64,000 nt of DNA from the human T2T-CHM13v2.0 reference genome, Homo sapiens, in the NCBI RefSeq assembly GCF_009914755.1, contig NC_060928.1. One strand, 5' to 3'. Made by a program: the position numbers and the translations under genes. The notes under the pieces are model-generated. The model saw only the letters and a program-made list of their open reading frames with translations. It had not been told where the DNA came from and did not search any database. Below, piece after piece: positions 31,226 to 46,071 of this stretch. Every line of letters begins with the position of its first letter. Position 1 is the stretch's first letter.

Positions 31226-31639
31226 TCATCAAACTGAAAATCACAGAAATTTATAGTTACAACCTAGGACAAATACTTTTTAAGGAGAAGGACAAAGATC
31301 TGTAAGAACATGTAACAAGAAAATATGACCTACTACTTACTAAGTGTAGTTCTTCCTATACCTACATTCTCTCACTCTCTCACCTTATCAATTATCAAAG
31401 TATTTTTCTAAGACAGTTCTTTTTAAGGAATTTTGGTGAATAATATTTTCTTTACATTAGTACATAAATATTTCAAAATCATCTAGTTATAAGCTACTAA
31501 TATCAACATTATTATCATTCATTGCTGTAGAATATTGTTTCTTGGTATGTCAAAAAAACATTAACCCTTTATTTAGATTTTCCTTAAAGCAGAATCATCC
31601 ACTTGTCAGAGCGTCTCTAATCCAAACCAGAGGATGACT

Positions 31640-31995
31640 GTACTAATTAGCTTTACTGTAGAAACAATGAACCTCAAATGATAATGGCTTCCTAAACAAG
31701 GGGATTCTTTTTTAATTGACATTTCACATAGGCTCTAGGTCAGCTGCCCATGTGTTTTTGGCAGTGAGTAGGCTGTAGCTCTTCTTTATATTGTCTTCAT
31801 ATTCTAGAACACAGGCTGAAGATGCAGCCTCCATGTGGGACATGCCATTCTCACAGCAGATGAAAAGGAGAGCCAGACTCAAGCACACAATGGCTTTTCA
31901 ACCTTCTGCTCAAACATGATACCTATCATGTCCACCCACTACTGGCCAAAGAAGTCCCTACTGGCCAAAGAGGCTCAATGTCAGTGAGACAAAGA
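31640..31995 (-). mobile_element. old MLT1 LTR (MLT1K/L-like)
   Basis: CAGGCTGAAGATGCAGCC...GGGACATGCCATTCTCACAGCAGA. Confidence 0.6.
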
Positions 31996-32019
31996 AGGAG
32001 AGAGACTATACAGATGGAT

Positions 32020-33107
32020 AGTGGCTGGACCTAGGCAATAGAACTCTGAGTCACAACCTCTGCAGCAACCAGCCTAGAAAGCCAAACCACAACCTCTGTG
32101 GCAATCAGCCCAGAACGGTCACGACTTCATCAGTGACTCCTGGGTTCCCTCTTTTTTGCCCCTGCTTCCAACTTAGGCTCAATCAGAGAAAGTAAAACAT
32201 GCTCTCCTAACCAATCACATAACATGCCGCACTTCAAGTTAGCCAGCCTACAGTGTTGCCACACCAAGCCTGTTTTGCCTGTGATGCAGTATGCCAATGA
32301 CTGAGATGATGAGTTTTGCAGCAGAGAAAGGGTTTATTCATGAGTCAGCCAAAGCAAGAAGATAGGAAAATCTGTCTCAAATACATCCTTTCCCCAACTA
32401 AAGATGGGATTTTAGGGGTATTTATGGCATAGAAGGGCAAGGTGGTTCAAGACATAGGGAAAGGTGACTGGGGATAAGGAATAGTGAGGCAATCAGTGAT
32501 CTTCACAAGCGTAGTCAAGCTTCATAGTTCTTCATAGGATGCATAGTAACAAAATGGCATCAGCAGCATGATCGGAGGGTGGAGTTTTTGGCCCTCTGAC
32601 ATCAAAAGGTCAGCCATTGGACCCTCATGCAGGCCCAGTTGAAGTGTTGGTGGTCTTGGCCAGCTTGAATTAGACAAAAGCTGACTCTGACTCTAAGTTC
32701 CTGAAAAATAACTTAGGCAAACGTTACAATGCTGACCTATATATTAGAGATGTTATTTCTAAGGAAGGTGTGGGAATTTAGATATATATAGTTTAGCTAT
32801 GTGACTTTTAGCTATATGGGTTTTAAAATCAACTAAAAGCAAGTGACTAAAAACAAGTGAGGCAATTTAAGTTTGGTGTGCCTAGTGATTAGCCCTTGGT
32901 TCGGCAGCTTGCCCATGCCAACATCCTCCAATCAGAACATGCCTGAAGTCTTCCCTATAGTTTTCACTATAAACTTTCCTATTCTGTCTGCCTGCCTTTG
33001 AATCTCTGGTAAGTGCAAGTGATGGTGGCTGGCTCACTTGCTATATAGCGAATTCTGAATAAATAGCTTCTGTTTGTTTCATTTGGGTGGTCTTTTCTTA
33101 TTTCCAC
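32020..33107 (+). mobile_element. ERVL-type LTR (subfamily uncertain) with nested antisense MER67/MER31-like LTR (~32253-32903)
   Basis: CCAAT boxes, TATAAA ~32968, AATAAA ~33058, ends TTTCCACA; host resumes CTACAG|CTTGCCCATGCC across the insert. Confidence 0.65.
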
Positions 33108-33478
33108 AAAATACACCCCTCCTATGGTAGCAGGATGAGGTGGGAAGGGTTACTGCAAATTACAGTAACCTAGGTGAGAATTCCCTGGGTGAGAATGAGT
33201 AATCTTTTGAAGGAAGAGGAGAAGGATATCATTGTTCTTTGAAGGAAAAGGATAATAATACAATTGGCTATTGTTCACCCTTGGTGTCATGAAGTTGCTT
33301 TCCACCTCTTCACATGTGAAATTCTATCCAGCTGTGAGAGTATACTTGAAGTCCAGCATTTCTTGATAGTCTCTATTTCAGGTCTGGATATCTCTACTCT
33401 TTCTTCAGAAACATCTGGACTAAAACACGAGTTATATACCCAAGATATAATAGTGGCTCAGGAATAAGACAATAGTAA

Positions 33479-34900
<1,422 letters not shown>

Positions 34901-35245
34901 GAAATGTCAAATACTATATAACATTAGAAGAATAGCAGAATAGAATATTGTTGCTGCTGTGAATGAGTTAATTTTTAACTGCTTATTATAAGTACATAGA
35001 AAAGCTATTAAGTTTTGAATATTTGTTTTATAAGCAGCCACTTTACTGAGTGCTATAATTTGACCACAGTATTTTTTAGTTGATTTTCTTGGGTTTCAGT
35101 AATAGATAAACATATTACCTACAAATAATGATAATTTTGTCTTTTCCTGTCAGTTATATCTCCTTTGTTTTATTGTCTTATTACACAGGCTAGAATTTTC
35201 TGAATAATAAAAAAGAAAACAGCAGTGATAAAAAAAATAAATAAG
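34901..35245 (+). other. L1 3'-transduced segment with second polyA signal and tail
   Basis: AATAAA 35206-35211, A-rich tail 35230-35244, TSD TAAAAT(C/A)TTCCTGGGCAAA at 33528-33546 and 35246-35264. Confidence 0.88.
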
Positions 35246-35670
35246 TAAAATATTCCTGGGCAAATGTTACAAAGTCTTCTTCTTCTGTGTGGAGAAAATG
35301 CTCCTTGATTGTATTCCAGTTCTTTTTCCTGGAAGTAGTTCTGCAGTCCATTTTTCTCTTGGCTATACCCTCTGGGAGGTCTTTCTTCTTTCATTATCCT
35401 CTTTGGCTACATCTAAAGAGGTCACTATGGAATATGCTCTCCTTTGTACCTGAGCATCTTACTTGCCTGCTTCCTGCCTACTGAGAATTGGGGACCCAAT
35501 AGTTTGCTTTGTATTGAACAGTCAGGCACTCTCTCTCCCTCTCTTTGTCTCTCTCTCTCTTTTATAAGCACACCAGACACACACACACACAAACACATAC
35601 ACACAGACATGCACATGTGCACACACCACTATTGGCTTTATATCTATTTGATTCCAGTTAGATCCATGTA

Positions 35671-36034
35671 TGCTGTGGTTTGAATGTGTTCCCCAGTGTT
35701 CAGGTGTTGTAAACTTAATCCCAAATGGAACAGTGATGACAAGTGGGGCCTTTAGGATATGCTTAGATAGTGAGGGCTCCTCCCTCATTAATGGATTAAT
35801 ATGGGTTAGTTATCTTGGGTATAGGTTCCTACCAAAAGTTCAACTGCTTTCCAGTCTCTTTTGTGCTCTTTTGTCCTTCAATCTTTCACCATGGGATGAC
35901 AGAGCAAGAAGGCCCTCACCAGATGCAGCTCCTTGATGCTGGACTTCCCAGCCTCCAGAACCCAATAAACTTCTATTGTTTATAAATTAGCCAGTTGGGA
36001 ATTCTGCTGTAGCAACAAAAAATGGACTAAGACA
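35671..36034 (+). mobile_element. MST/MLT1A-type MaLR solo LTR
   Basis: TGCTGTGGTTTGAATGTG...GGACTAAGACA; 5-bp TSD ATGTA/ATGTG. Confidence 0.88.
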
Positions 36035-36299
36035 ATGTGCCGAAAGCCATGAGTACAATTTTTGTCAAGATCCTCTCTCTAACAAGCTTATCAGTGTTTT
36101 ATAGAATAGACATGCCCTTATCATCGCCTTTCCCTGAGCCATCTGTCCAGATGAAAGGATTTATTTTGGAGGGAGTGTCATCCTTTTAGAGATTTTAACT
36201 AATGATGTAGTAGCCACACCCCTCAATTGATTCTTTTTGAACATTGAGTTTTAGTTGGCCCCTGTTGCTCAGAGGATGTCTAAATTTTATCTTCTACTG

Positions 36300-37030
36300 T
36301 TAGATAAGAAAATTAGTTGCATGTTTTCAACCCTGGAAGTCTCAACATTTCCAAATTTTCCATTTCTTTTCTTTATCCTTGGTCAATTCTTTTCTGAGCT
36401 CATCTCTTCTTTATAGTTTCTTGTCAAATGCATCTAACAACAACCATGGTACTCTGGTGACATTCTGTTTTACTACATCTTAACCCAAATCACAAGTATA
36501 TTAATATATTATCTGCCTTCAAATTTTTGTGGACAGCAGTTATAACAAATGCTCACTACTCCACATCATAGATTGGCATTTTTGTCTGTCTTTAATCAAA
36601 GTTTCCTTGTTACACACTGGCCAGGAGCTAATGCTATACCTTTTAGGGGTTTTGCTATGCAGCATTCCACTCCTGGTTCCATGTTTTTCATATTAGGCAA
36701 CTTTGCTGTAATAACAAATGATCCCCCAGTCTCTTTGGCTTATGAAATAAAGATTCATTTAGTATATGTGTTACATGTAGGCTGCAGGTAGGCTGTGACT
36801 CTACTCCACACAGCTTCTCATTCTCAGACCCAGGCTGGAGAAGCAGCCCCTGCTTGGAACACGTCATTCTCATGGTAAATGGAAAACAGTGTCATAGCTA
36901 AACATTTAATGGCATTTATTACATCTGCTCAAATATGATTGGTCAAACGAAGTCACATGGCCAAGTCCAATACCAAATGGGACAAGAAAGAATATTTCTC
37001 CATAGGAAGGAATTGCAATGGGTTAAAATG
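36300..37030 (-). mobile_element. old MLT1 LTR (~36690-37030) with adjoining internal remnant
   Basis: GCTGTAATAACAAATGATCCCCCAGTCTC; GAAGTCACATGGCCAAGTCCAA. Confidence 0.6.
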
Positions 37031-37861
37031 TACAATCTTGTCACAATGAAAGGGGAATAAAACAGAGAAATAATCAAGTTGACCGTTATGGTAAAGAATA
37101 GAATTACTTGAAGAATATGTGTTTCTCTCTTGATATGGACAAAGCAAGAGAATAAAAAAAAAATGAGTTTAAAATCCTGACTAAAACCTTTTGTTGTTGT
37201 TTGTTCATTCATTTATAATCATAGCTCCTAATAATTTTAATTTCTATTAGCAAGATACTAGTTTTGTTATCTCCTGGGAACAGTGACGACCCCCATCTCT
37301 AGCTAGGTGCAGTTATTGTTTATACTGCCTTACATTTGTTCCTGCTAAACATTGATAAGAAGAAGGAAAAAAAATACTATATGTGTGATTTGCTTTTGCT
37401 CTCGGTTGCTTTGTTTTCACTCTTCCGCTCTAGTCATACCTGAATTTGTAATATCCCATGTAGAATAAAAGAAAAATTGTTCCTCATCAACTCTGCTCAT
37501 TTCCTGTCCCTAAGAACACCAAGACAAGAAACACTGGGTGGCAATGGAAGGGTAGGACTGCAGATTCCAGCCTTCAGGGATATAAAACTATTGCTCCCTC
37601 TGGCAACTTAACTTTCACCAACAGACTAGGCCAATTTTGAGAATAGCATGAAGATAGTAAGGCCACATCTATTCCAATAATAAAAGTACTCAAAGTATAA
37701 GAGTAATCTGCCCTACATATCAGTAAGTAAATGGCCAATTGCCCTCTTTGTCAGCCTTTTACTCCAGTCCAGTGTTGGGAGCAGAGACTCAATCTTACAT
37801 CTTAAACAGGGCTTTTGCTAGCTTGTATGAGCCTTTGTTCCAAATAGAAAAAAGGTGTCCT

Positions 37862-38191
<330 letters not shown>

Positions 38192-39679
38192 CTAGGTAGA
38201 TGAATTAGAAAAAGCACCCTCACCACCATGCATAAATTGTTTTTAATCCACCCCCCCCAACTTTGGTGAATTAGAAGATGCCCCCCATGGCCCCACCAAG
38301 CTAGAGCACATGGCTTAGATAAAGAAAGCAGCTTTATAGAAAGAAAAAATGCAACCTCCACTTCCAGCAAATACAGCCCTTAGCCAGGGTTTTGGTTTGG
38401 TAAATGCTGTGTGGCTTCGACTGCAGACCCCACTCACTCCTTGGACCAGGTGCCTTTGTTCAGTGCACAAAAGCACAATTATGGGTGACAGCCTTGCATT
38501 TGACATTAAGCATGGGATGCAAAAAATTCTCATGTAAAACTTGTCCAAATGTATATTTTCCCCCAATAAATTTCATTCTCAGCTTCTGCGGACCAGTGTT
38601 GAGTGGTTTAATTAAACTCCACACTGATGTGAGCCAGTCACTTGCATACATTCTCTATTGAAAAAGGAGCCTTAGGGAACTTAGTGGTCTGAGCACAATA
38701 AGACCTTTCTCTTCCATGTAGGCAATATGTCATGTTTAGTGCCCTCCAATGGAGTTATTTATATACTTCCTTAATGCAGAAACAAGCTGCTGGGCTCTGG
38801 CTTGGGGGTGTTTTCTTTCTCTCTCTTTCACTATCATTTTGCATTTTATTCTCCTTTCTGGTTCAGTCCTCCACATTCAGATCCTTACCTTTTCCCGCCA
38901 ATTGCCAGTAACAGTATACTTAAAAATGTTTGCAGGATTTTCTCCAGACACCTGCTGTCAACTACCACATGTAGGAGACTCATATAGTAAATGGCTCTCA
39001 TTAGAAAGATTTGCCATATGCTATCATAAAGAAGCCATTCTTCAACTCTTGTGCTTCCCACATTATGCCCAGCAGTTGCAAATTTCACAGCATTCACAAG
39101 TAGAGTTTTAACAACAACAAAAAAAATGGTAAACAAACTAACATTATTTACTTTTGGGAGATGCCAATGTCAAAGCATTGCAGCAGCCTGAGCTATAATG
39201 TGGGTTTCAATTTTTCACATTTGTACAATATCCATTCTGGCAATGTGTGTGTGTGTTCAAAGTGAAAAAAGAGTGGCTGGTTACTTGGGTTTTTTTTAAT
39301 AGACCTACTCACAGTAGAAGCAGTCATGAATAACGTACAACCACTCATCAGAAGCCATATGAAGTTCATAAAGTAGAAGATGAAAATAAATACACTAGTG
39401 TTTTTTTAAAAAAACTTGCTCAGCTCTAATATTTATCAATGTCATTTGAAAGTTGATATTAACTAATAATTTTTTAAAAAAATTTTTGAAAAAGAAATTT
39501 ATTCACTTAACAGAGGAGAATCAATGTGGTTGGCCATTACAATGTAACCAAACTGAGTTTATAAAGCTTTAATAAGATGGTTTATAGATTTTCATTGCAT
39601 TATGATCCTCCTGAGGATTCTAACATCAGCTAATCCAGTAATGAATGTACTGTAGATCTTGTCCTTTTCAACCTTAATT

Positions 39680-40230
39680 GGTAGGAAGATAAAAGAAAGA
39701 TGTTTTCAACTGCAGCTAACAGAGATCTCAAATCAAACTAATCAGAATGATTTTAAAAAAGAAAGTATTTCACATAAGAGGTCTAGAAGTAGGGAGGGGT
39801 ATAGGATTGGTTAGATCAGCAGCTAATGATGTTATCAGTTCTATATTTCCCTCCACTATTGTTGGCTTTATTCTCAGGCTGGTTAGAAGATGACTTTGGG
39901 AATTCTAGAGCTCAGATCCTACTAAAATATAGATGATGGACTTTCTCTTCTGTGGCTCTCTTTTAGAAGCAAGCAAATGTGTTCTAGAAGCTCTCCCAGA
40001 AGCTTCCACATCTCTTTACTAAACCACCAGCAGCAAAAAAAAAAAAAAAAAAAAGGCAGGGGAGTGGATTATCCGTAATAAAGTAGACTCCCTGTTGGAG
40101 CTGGGCAGATGCTAGTTACCCTTAGGCAGATGGCTGCATGCTGTTAGAGAGGTATACTTTCACAAAATTGGGTTTCTGATAGATAAAAAGAAAGAGAAAG
40201 TGAATGTTGAATGAGGACCAATATGATCCT
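39680..40230 (-). mobile_element. very old MLT1-like LTR remnant
   Basis: TTTTCAACTGCAGCTAACAGAGATCTCAAATCAAACT start typical of antisense late MLT1. Confidence 0.45.
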
Positions 40231-40704
40231 CTCAGATAGCTAAATCTGCAAGTAGTTTAATAACTGTTAGTAAGTTTCTCTAAAATTAGTACTGAAATCC
40301 TGACTATAAAAACAAAAAGTTCTTCCTTCTCAAAGAAATTAACCAGTTTCTTCATTAGGTCTATTATTAAAACAAAACAAAACAAAACAAAAAACCTATG
40401 CACTCTTAGGAATGCACTTACTGAGTCCATTCAACCTCAAAACTAAGAAATTTCTCATTAACTATTTTTAAGTAGATTTTTGGCTTCTTTTAATTGCTGA
40501 TACTACAGAGAAAGATAAGTGGATTCATGGTCAATATGAAGACTTCTTAACAGCGTAAAAAAAATGTGGATTTTCTCAAAAGATAAGAGAAACATTTTCA
40601 GCTTACTGTCATGTATTATTTTTTTCTGATGTTATAGCTACTGATTCACATTTTTGGATTCCATGTAAGTATTCTACATGTTTTTTATGTAGTCTAACAC
40701 CTTA

Positions 40705-40850
40705 TAGTCCTTGGACCAGCAGCATCAGTGTCATCTGGGAGCTTGTTAGAAATACAAAAATCTCAGGCCCACCCCAAACCTACAAAATATGTATTTTAAC
40801 AAGATTCCCAGGAGATTCATTTGCACATTAAAGTTTGAGCAGCACTACTG
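40705..40850. mobile_element. MER5A
   Basis: GGACCAGCAGCATCAGTGTCATCTGGGAGCTTGTTAGAAAT...ACATTAAAGTTTGAG. Confidence 0.85.
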
Positions 40851-42106
40851 TAAGATATATGTAGTCACTACCTTGTCTCCTGGTGCTGGAGGGATATATG
40901 CATAATATGAAATCTAGAAATGACCTACAGTGCATAACTCATGTTACTTTAGCTTGGAACTTGAAGAATTAAGTGAATATCATGGACTCAGAGAACAAAA
41001 TTTCTGCTCATCTTTTATCACTGTTCCATTAATGCAAATATCAAGATTTCACTTAAACTCATTGACTTAGACATAAGGGATACCAGATCAGAATAATGTC
41101 TGATTGCTTCTTCTGATCTTGTTAAAGCAGCCTAGATATTTCCATATGGGTTTGCGGGTACACAGTGGGAAAACTAAAGATCAGAATTTGCTTGGAGACA
41201 TTTAGACAAAAGCTTGTATTATTTCTACCAAGTATGGACTCAGGGTGATATGGAGGCCAAAACATGGCTGTGCTCTGTAAATACCCATGTGAATTTTTTT
41301 AAGTGATAATAAAGCTAAAGTTACAGACTGAAATTTGTTCCTAAGTTTGATCATTTGGACAAGTACGGTATGTTCAGAGACTTATCTACCCCACATTTAG
41401 CATACTCCCCATCTTGGCATTTCTCTCATTTCCTCGAAAAGCCTTTTCTAGAGAAATTTCAGATCAGCAGCCAAAGAAAATTCAGCTCAATTTGCCCTGC
41501 TCCCCATGGAGCTCCCAATGACTGAAGGCTTTCATTCCCTTCTCTCCCACATTAATTCTGATGTGCATTAGTCACCATCTGTGTTTCCTCAGGCTTCATG
41601 ATGAAAAAGTGGTCAATTTGCTGGGCCAGTCTACACTAAGTTAGTAGGCTGCTGCTTCATCTTCATAGGCAGTTGTTTTGCTTTATTTTGTTTGTTGTTG
41701 AAGTTTTTTGTTTTACTGCATACAATTAAAGTGAAATACAAAGATTTATAAAGTTATGGTAAAATCTACAAATGTATGATCTACAAATATGTAGTTCCCA
41801 GCACCTTAGCTCCCCATTTGCTATGTAACAGCTCTTTGTCATTTGTCCTCCCACACCCATGGCTTTGCAGCATTTCCTCATTTTTCTCCTACATTCAGCC
41901 CTGCCCTCGCTGCTCTTCCTTGAACCAATGACCTTGCCTCTTGCTTTATTGAGAGATACGTGGCTTGCAAGTGAAAAGTCTTTGCTCTGACCTTCCAATT
42001 CCAATTTCTACACACCCCTATCTTATCCTCATTTTCCCATTCTTGAGAGGTAATATCCCTTATCCAGTTCTAGACACATCCCTTTACCTTCACTCTTGAT
42101 CCCATC

Positions 42107-42594
42107 TGTACTGTGTTGAAGGGCAGTCCCTAAAAAGATGGATTCACATTCTAATCTCTGGAACCTGAGAATGTTACTTTATTTGGAAAAAGGGTCTTTG
42201 CAAATATGATTAAGTTAAGGATCTTAAAATAAGATCATCCTGGATTATTCAGCTCGGCCCTAAGTTCAATAACAAGTGTCCTTATAGAGAAAGGCAAAGG
42301 AAAATTTGAAACAGAAGAGAACAGGACAAAAACACATAGAGAAAAAGATGATATGAAGATGAAGGCAAAGATTGGGGTGATCATACCACAAATCAAAGGA
42401 GTGCCAGCAACCACCAGAAGTTAGAAGAGGCAAGGAAGAGGTCTCACCATCAACCAGGCTCCAGAGAGAACATGGCCCTGCTGACACCTTGATTTCAGAC
42501 TTCTGGCCTCCAGACTGTGAAAGAATAAATTGTTGTTGTTTTAAGGCACCAAGTTTTTGATAATTTGTTATGACAACCACAGGAAACTAATAAA
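42107..42594 (+). mobile_element. MLT1C/D LTR
   Basis: TTTGGAAAAAGGGTCTTTGCA; AGAATAAATTGTTGTTGTTTTAAG...GGAAACTAATA. Confidence 0.88.
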
Positions 42595-43370
42595 ACTTCC
42601 TTAGCAGAGGAAGATCTTGCTCCATCAATTCTTCCTTACAGTTCTTTCTCCTACATTTTCAGTTTCCCTGCTGCTTGTTTTCCCCTAGCAATACATTCTT
42701 GCAATTTTCTTCCATCATAAAACCTGTTGCTGTTTTTTAACTCAGTACCACTTTCTCTTTCCTTTCCAGGTAAGCATTTAAAAAAAATATTCTGCATGCT
42801 TAGCTCCCTGTCCATTAGCTTCCTCTCACATTCCAAACTGCTGCAATCGAACTTCTCTGCATACCACTCCACTGAAATGCTCTGGCAAATGTCACCTATG
42901 TTCTCAAAGTGCTAAAGCCAACGGACTCTTCAACTTTCATCTTATTTGACCTCATGGTTGCATTTGACAATACTGCAAACCCCCTTGAAATATTTCCTTC
43001 TCTTCAATTGTAAGATGTAACTCTCTCCTAATTCTCTTACCCCTTTAACCATTCCTTCTTGAACTCCTTCTGTTGCTCCTATTTTCCTAGTCATGAAAAT
43101 ATTCCTAATACTCAAGCTTCTTTCTATTCATGTCTTTTTTCTCTTTCATTTATGTGCTTTCTGAGTAACTTCCTCTTGTCCTATGGCTTTATGCCACATG
43201 TAGAGATGAAAATCTAATAGATTTCTTGATAAAAGCACATCTCTGGAGCTGTATGTACATATAGCCAACTGCTGAATGTATCTACCTTAATGCCCCATTA
43301 ACACCTCAAATTTAATATTTCAAAATTAAACTCTAGTTTCACCATCAAAATTGGCAAACATGGGAGCTAT

Positions 43371-44226
43371 TGTTGGGAGGCAATTCTCTATAGCATTTCT
43401 ACCTACATATCTCAGATTATCTTTCAAGGATGTTAGTATAGCAAACAACCTTGGAAAATAGAGGTTGCAATGAAGTGAATGTTTGTGTCCCCCTGAAAAT
43501 TTACATGTTGAAATCCTAACCCCCAATGTGATGATATTAGAAGATGGGGTTTTTGGGAGATAATTAGGTCATGAAAGCGAAACCATCACAAATGGGATTG
43601 GCACTTGTACAAAAAAGATCCCAGGAGCTCTCTCTTCCCCTTTCTGACATGTAAAAAACACAATGAGAAGTCAGCAGTCTGCAATTTGGCAAAGGGCCTT
43701 CACCAGAGAGAACCTGACCACAATGGCAACTGATCTCAGACTTACAGCCTCCAGAACTCTAAGAAATAACTTTAGATTGTTTATAAGCCACCTAATCTAT
43801 GGAATTTTGTTATAGCAGCCTGAACAGACTAAGACAGGTAGTGTCTTTTCCTCTGAGTCACGGGGCAAATATGTTTCCTGATTACAATAACGAAGATAAT
43901 TTCTTCCTTCATGAGCAAAGGTTGGGCAGCTTTGCTAACAGACCCTTTAAAAGACTGGGGGTTCCTTTGTGCATGATTCCTCAGCTCTGAGATCACTGTA
44001 GGTCAGCATTCAGCTGGGTCTGCTCCACATTGTCCATGAGACTTGGGGAATAAGAGGAACCAGTACGAACATGAAGCTTGTACTGCCTGCTGTCCCAAGA
44101 GTAAGCAACTGTCTAAATCTGTTTTTGCTCACTGTTTCCTTATCAGCTGAATTTATGGAACTGTGACCAGCCAGCCTAGCAGCTGCAGTAGTCACTGCTG
44201 CTTAGAGACTGCTGGTCCACTTGACA
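43371..44226 (+). mobile_element. MER76-like ERVL LTR with nested MLT1A (43466-43836)
   Basis: TGTTGGGAGGCAATTCTC...TCAAGGATGTTAGTATAGC; nested element ends CTGAACAGACTAAGACA. Confidence 0.7.
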
Positions 44227-45745
44227 GCTATATGCCTACACAAGGAAGGAAACGGGAAAATGGCCAAGATAGTGCATAAAAAATTCGACATTGAGTTAGT
44301 AGAGGCTGGAGATGGAAATGTTTGGGCCAAGTGGAAGACCGAGGACTTCAGCTGGTGGGTTGTCAAAAGCAGAGGTAGAAAACCCTAGATACCTCTTTAG
44401 GTACTTCAATCTAAAGAAGTCACCAGTTGTCTATCTCAAAATGCAGAGCAGAAATCTATCTGCCACATGTGAACTTCAGAGGTCTGACTCACATCCATTG
44501 GACACTGGCTTCCTGCTGCCCACAGTGGAGAAACTCATTGGCTAACAAGGCATGCCACTTGTATTGGGCATAAGAAAACACTATGGATTAATCAACAAAT
44601 AAACAAAAATTATATTCCTTTAGTGTTCTACATCTCAGTTAAATGTACTATTTACCATCCCCCAAGTCAAAAACTTGAGAATTATACTCTTCCCTTCCTT
44701 TTATCTTCTCTCCTAATCTACTCCATCATATTGGTGACTAAGTACTGACAATTCCATCTCTGTTACATATCTTCTTTAAGTCTCTTTATCACCACCCCAC
44801 TTCTACAGCTTTACTTCAGGCTATCATCACTTTGCATCTGGACTCTTCCTATAGCCATCTAACCTATCTCTTTGTCTCAATCTTGCTTTCTTCAAATCTT
44901 TATCTGTTCTGCTGCTAAACTGATCACATTTGTCCCCTGCCTAGAACCCTTTTGGGTTTCCAGACTGCCTAAAGGTGAAGTACATACTGAAAAATGGCAT
45001 ATAAAACCTAAAACAATCCGGCAAATGCCCTTTCCTAGCTTCCTGGTAAACATCTTACTCAGTTTTCAGGATAGTTTTCATAGATGTGACCTCGTCTCTT
45101 AAGTTTTCTTGATACTCTTTGTCCCCCTATACTGGAATTCTAACTATATTTCATACACAGTTCAATCAAAGCACTGGTATGCTCTATTATATTTGTGAGT
45201 TTACATATTTATTCCCTTTGTACTGGATTATTAAATAAGTGAAGAAATGATACCCCTTCTTTATTCCTAGCACCTTGCACAGTACAGAACACAGAGTAAG
45301 CACTAAAACAATGCTAGCTAAATACGTTAATGAATGGATAGATGAAGAACATTAATATCGTCTGCTGCCTTAGAGTCATGTTGGTTGTACTGAAGTGGAA
45401 CAGAAAAAAACATGGCATCAATTTTATATATGGTAATTAATTTAAAACATATTAAATGAAAATGAGCAAGGACTTATGAATCATAGTGTAAATGTTGTAT
45501 TAATATTTAAGGTAGAGTGTTTAAAGAAAGTTTGAACATGACTTGGACTACTTTGGGCTAAGACCCAGATTGCCACAGGGCAGACAAAATTAGTGTTCGT
45601 GTTCTCTACCACTGAGGAGGTATTTTAGTGTAAAAGTTTCCAAAGTAATGTTGGAATATTGCATTTATTGTAAGTCATAATATGCAACTCACAATAGAGA
45701 TATTATTAGCTAGGAAACAGAGTTTACGTAAGAGAGGTATAGAGC

Positions 45746-46071
45746 TGCTATGGTGTAATATTGGCGACCCCGCACAAATTCATATATTAAAAATTTAATA
45801 CCCGATATGATAGTATTAAGAGGTGGGGCCTTTGGAAAGTGATTAAGTCATGAGGGCCCTTATAAAAGAGGGCCAAGTGAGTTCATTTGCCCCCTTCCAC
45901 AATGTGAGGATGCAAAAAGAAGTGGTGAGTGAGTCCTCACCAGACACCAAATCTTCTGGCACCTTGATCTTGGACTTCCCGTCCTCCAGAGCTGTAAGCA
46001 ATAAATTTCTATTGTTTATAAATTACCTGGTCTAAGGTATTTTGTTATACTAGCCTGACTAGACTAAGACA
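45746..46071 (+). mobile_element. MLT1A0 LTR
   Basis: TGCTATGG...GAGGTGGGGCCTTTGG...AATAAATTTCTATTGTTTATAA...GACTAAGACA. Confidence 0.88.

Larger units (their letters stand above)
41840..45345 (+). mobile_element. fragmented L2 (41840-42106, 42600-43330, 44640-45345) with nested LTRs
   Basis: pyrimidine-rich L2 ORF2 remnants (CTTATTTGACCTC...GCATTTGACA) and L2 3' end TAAGCACT...AATGAATGGATAGATGAA. Confidence 0.7.

Noticed and set aside
35529-35630. (CT)n/(CA)n tracts, also 30228-30272 and polyA 40035-40055
   Set aside because: Ordinary microsatellites
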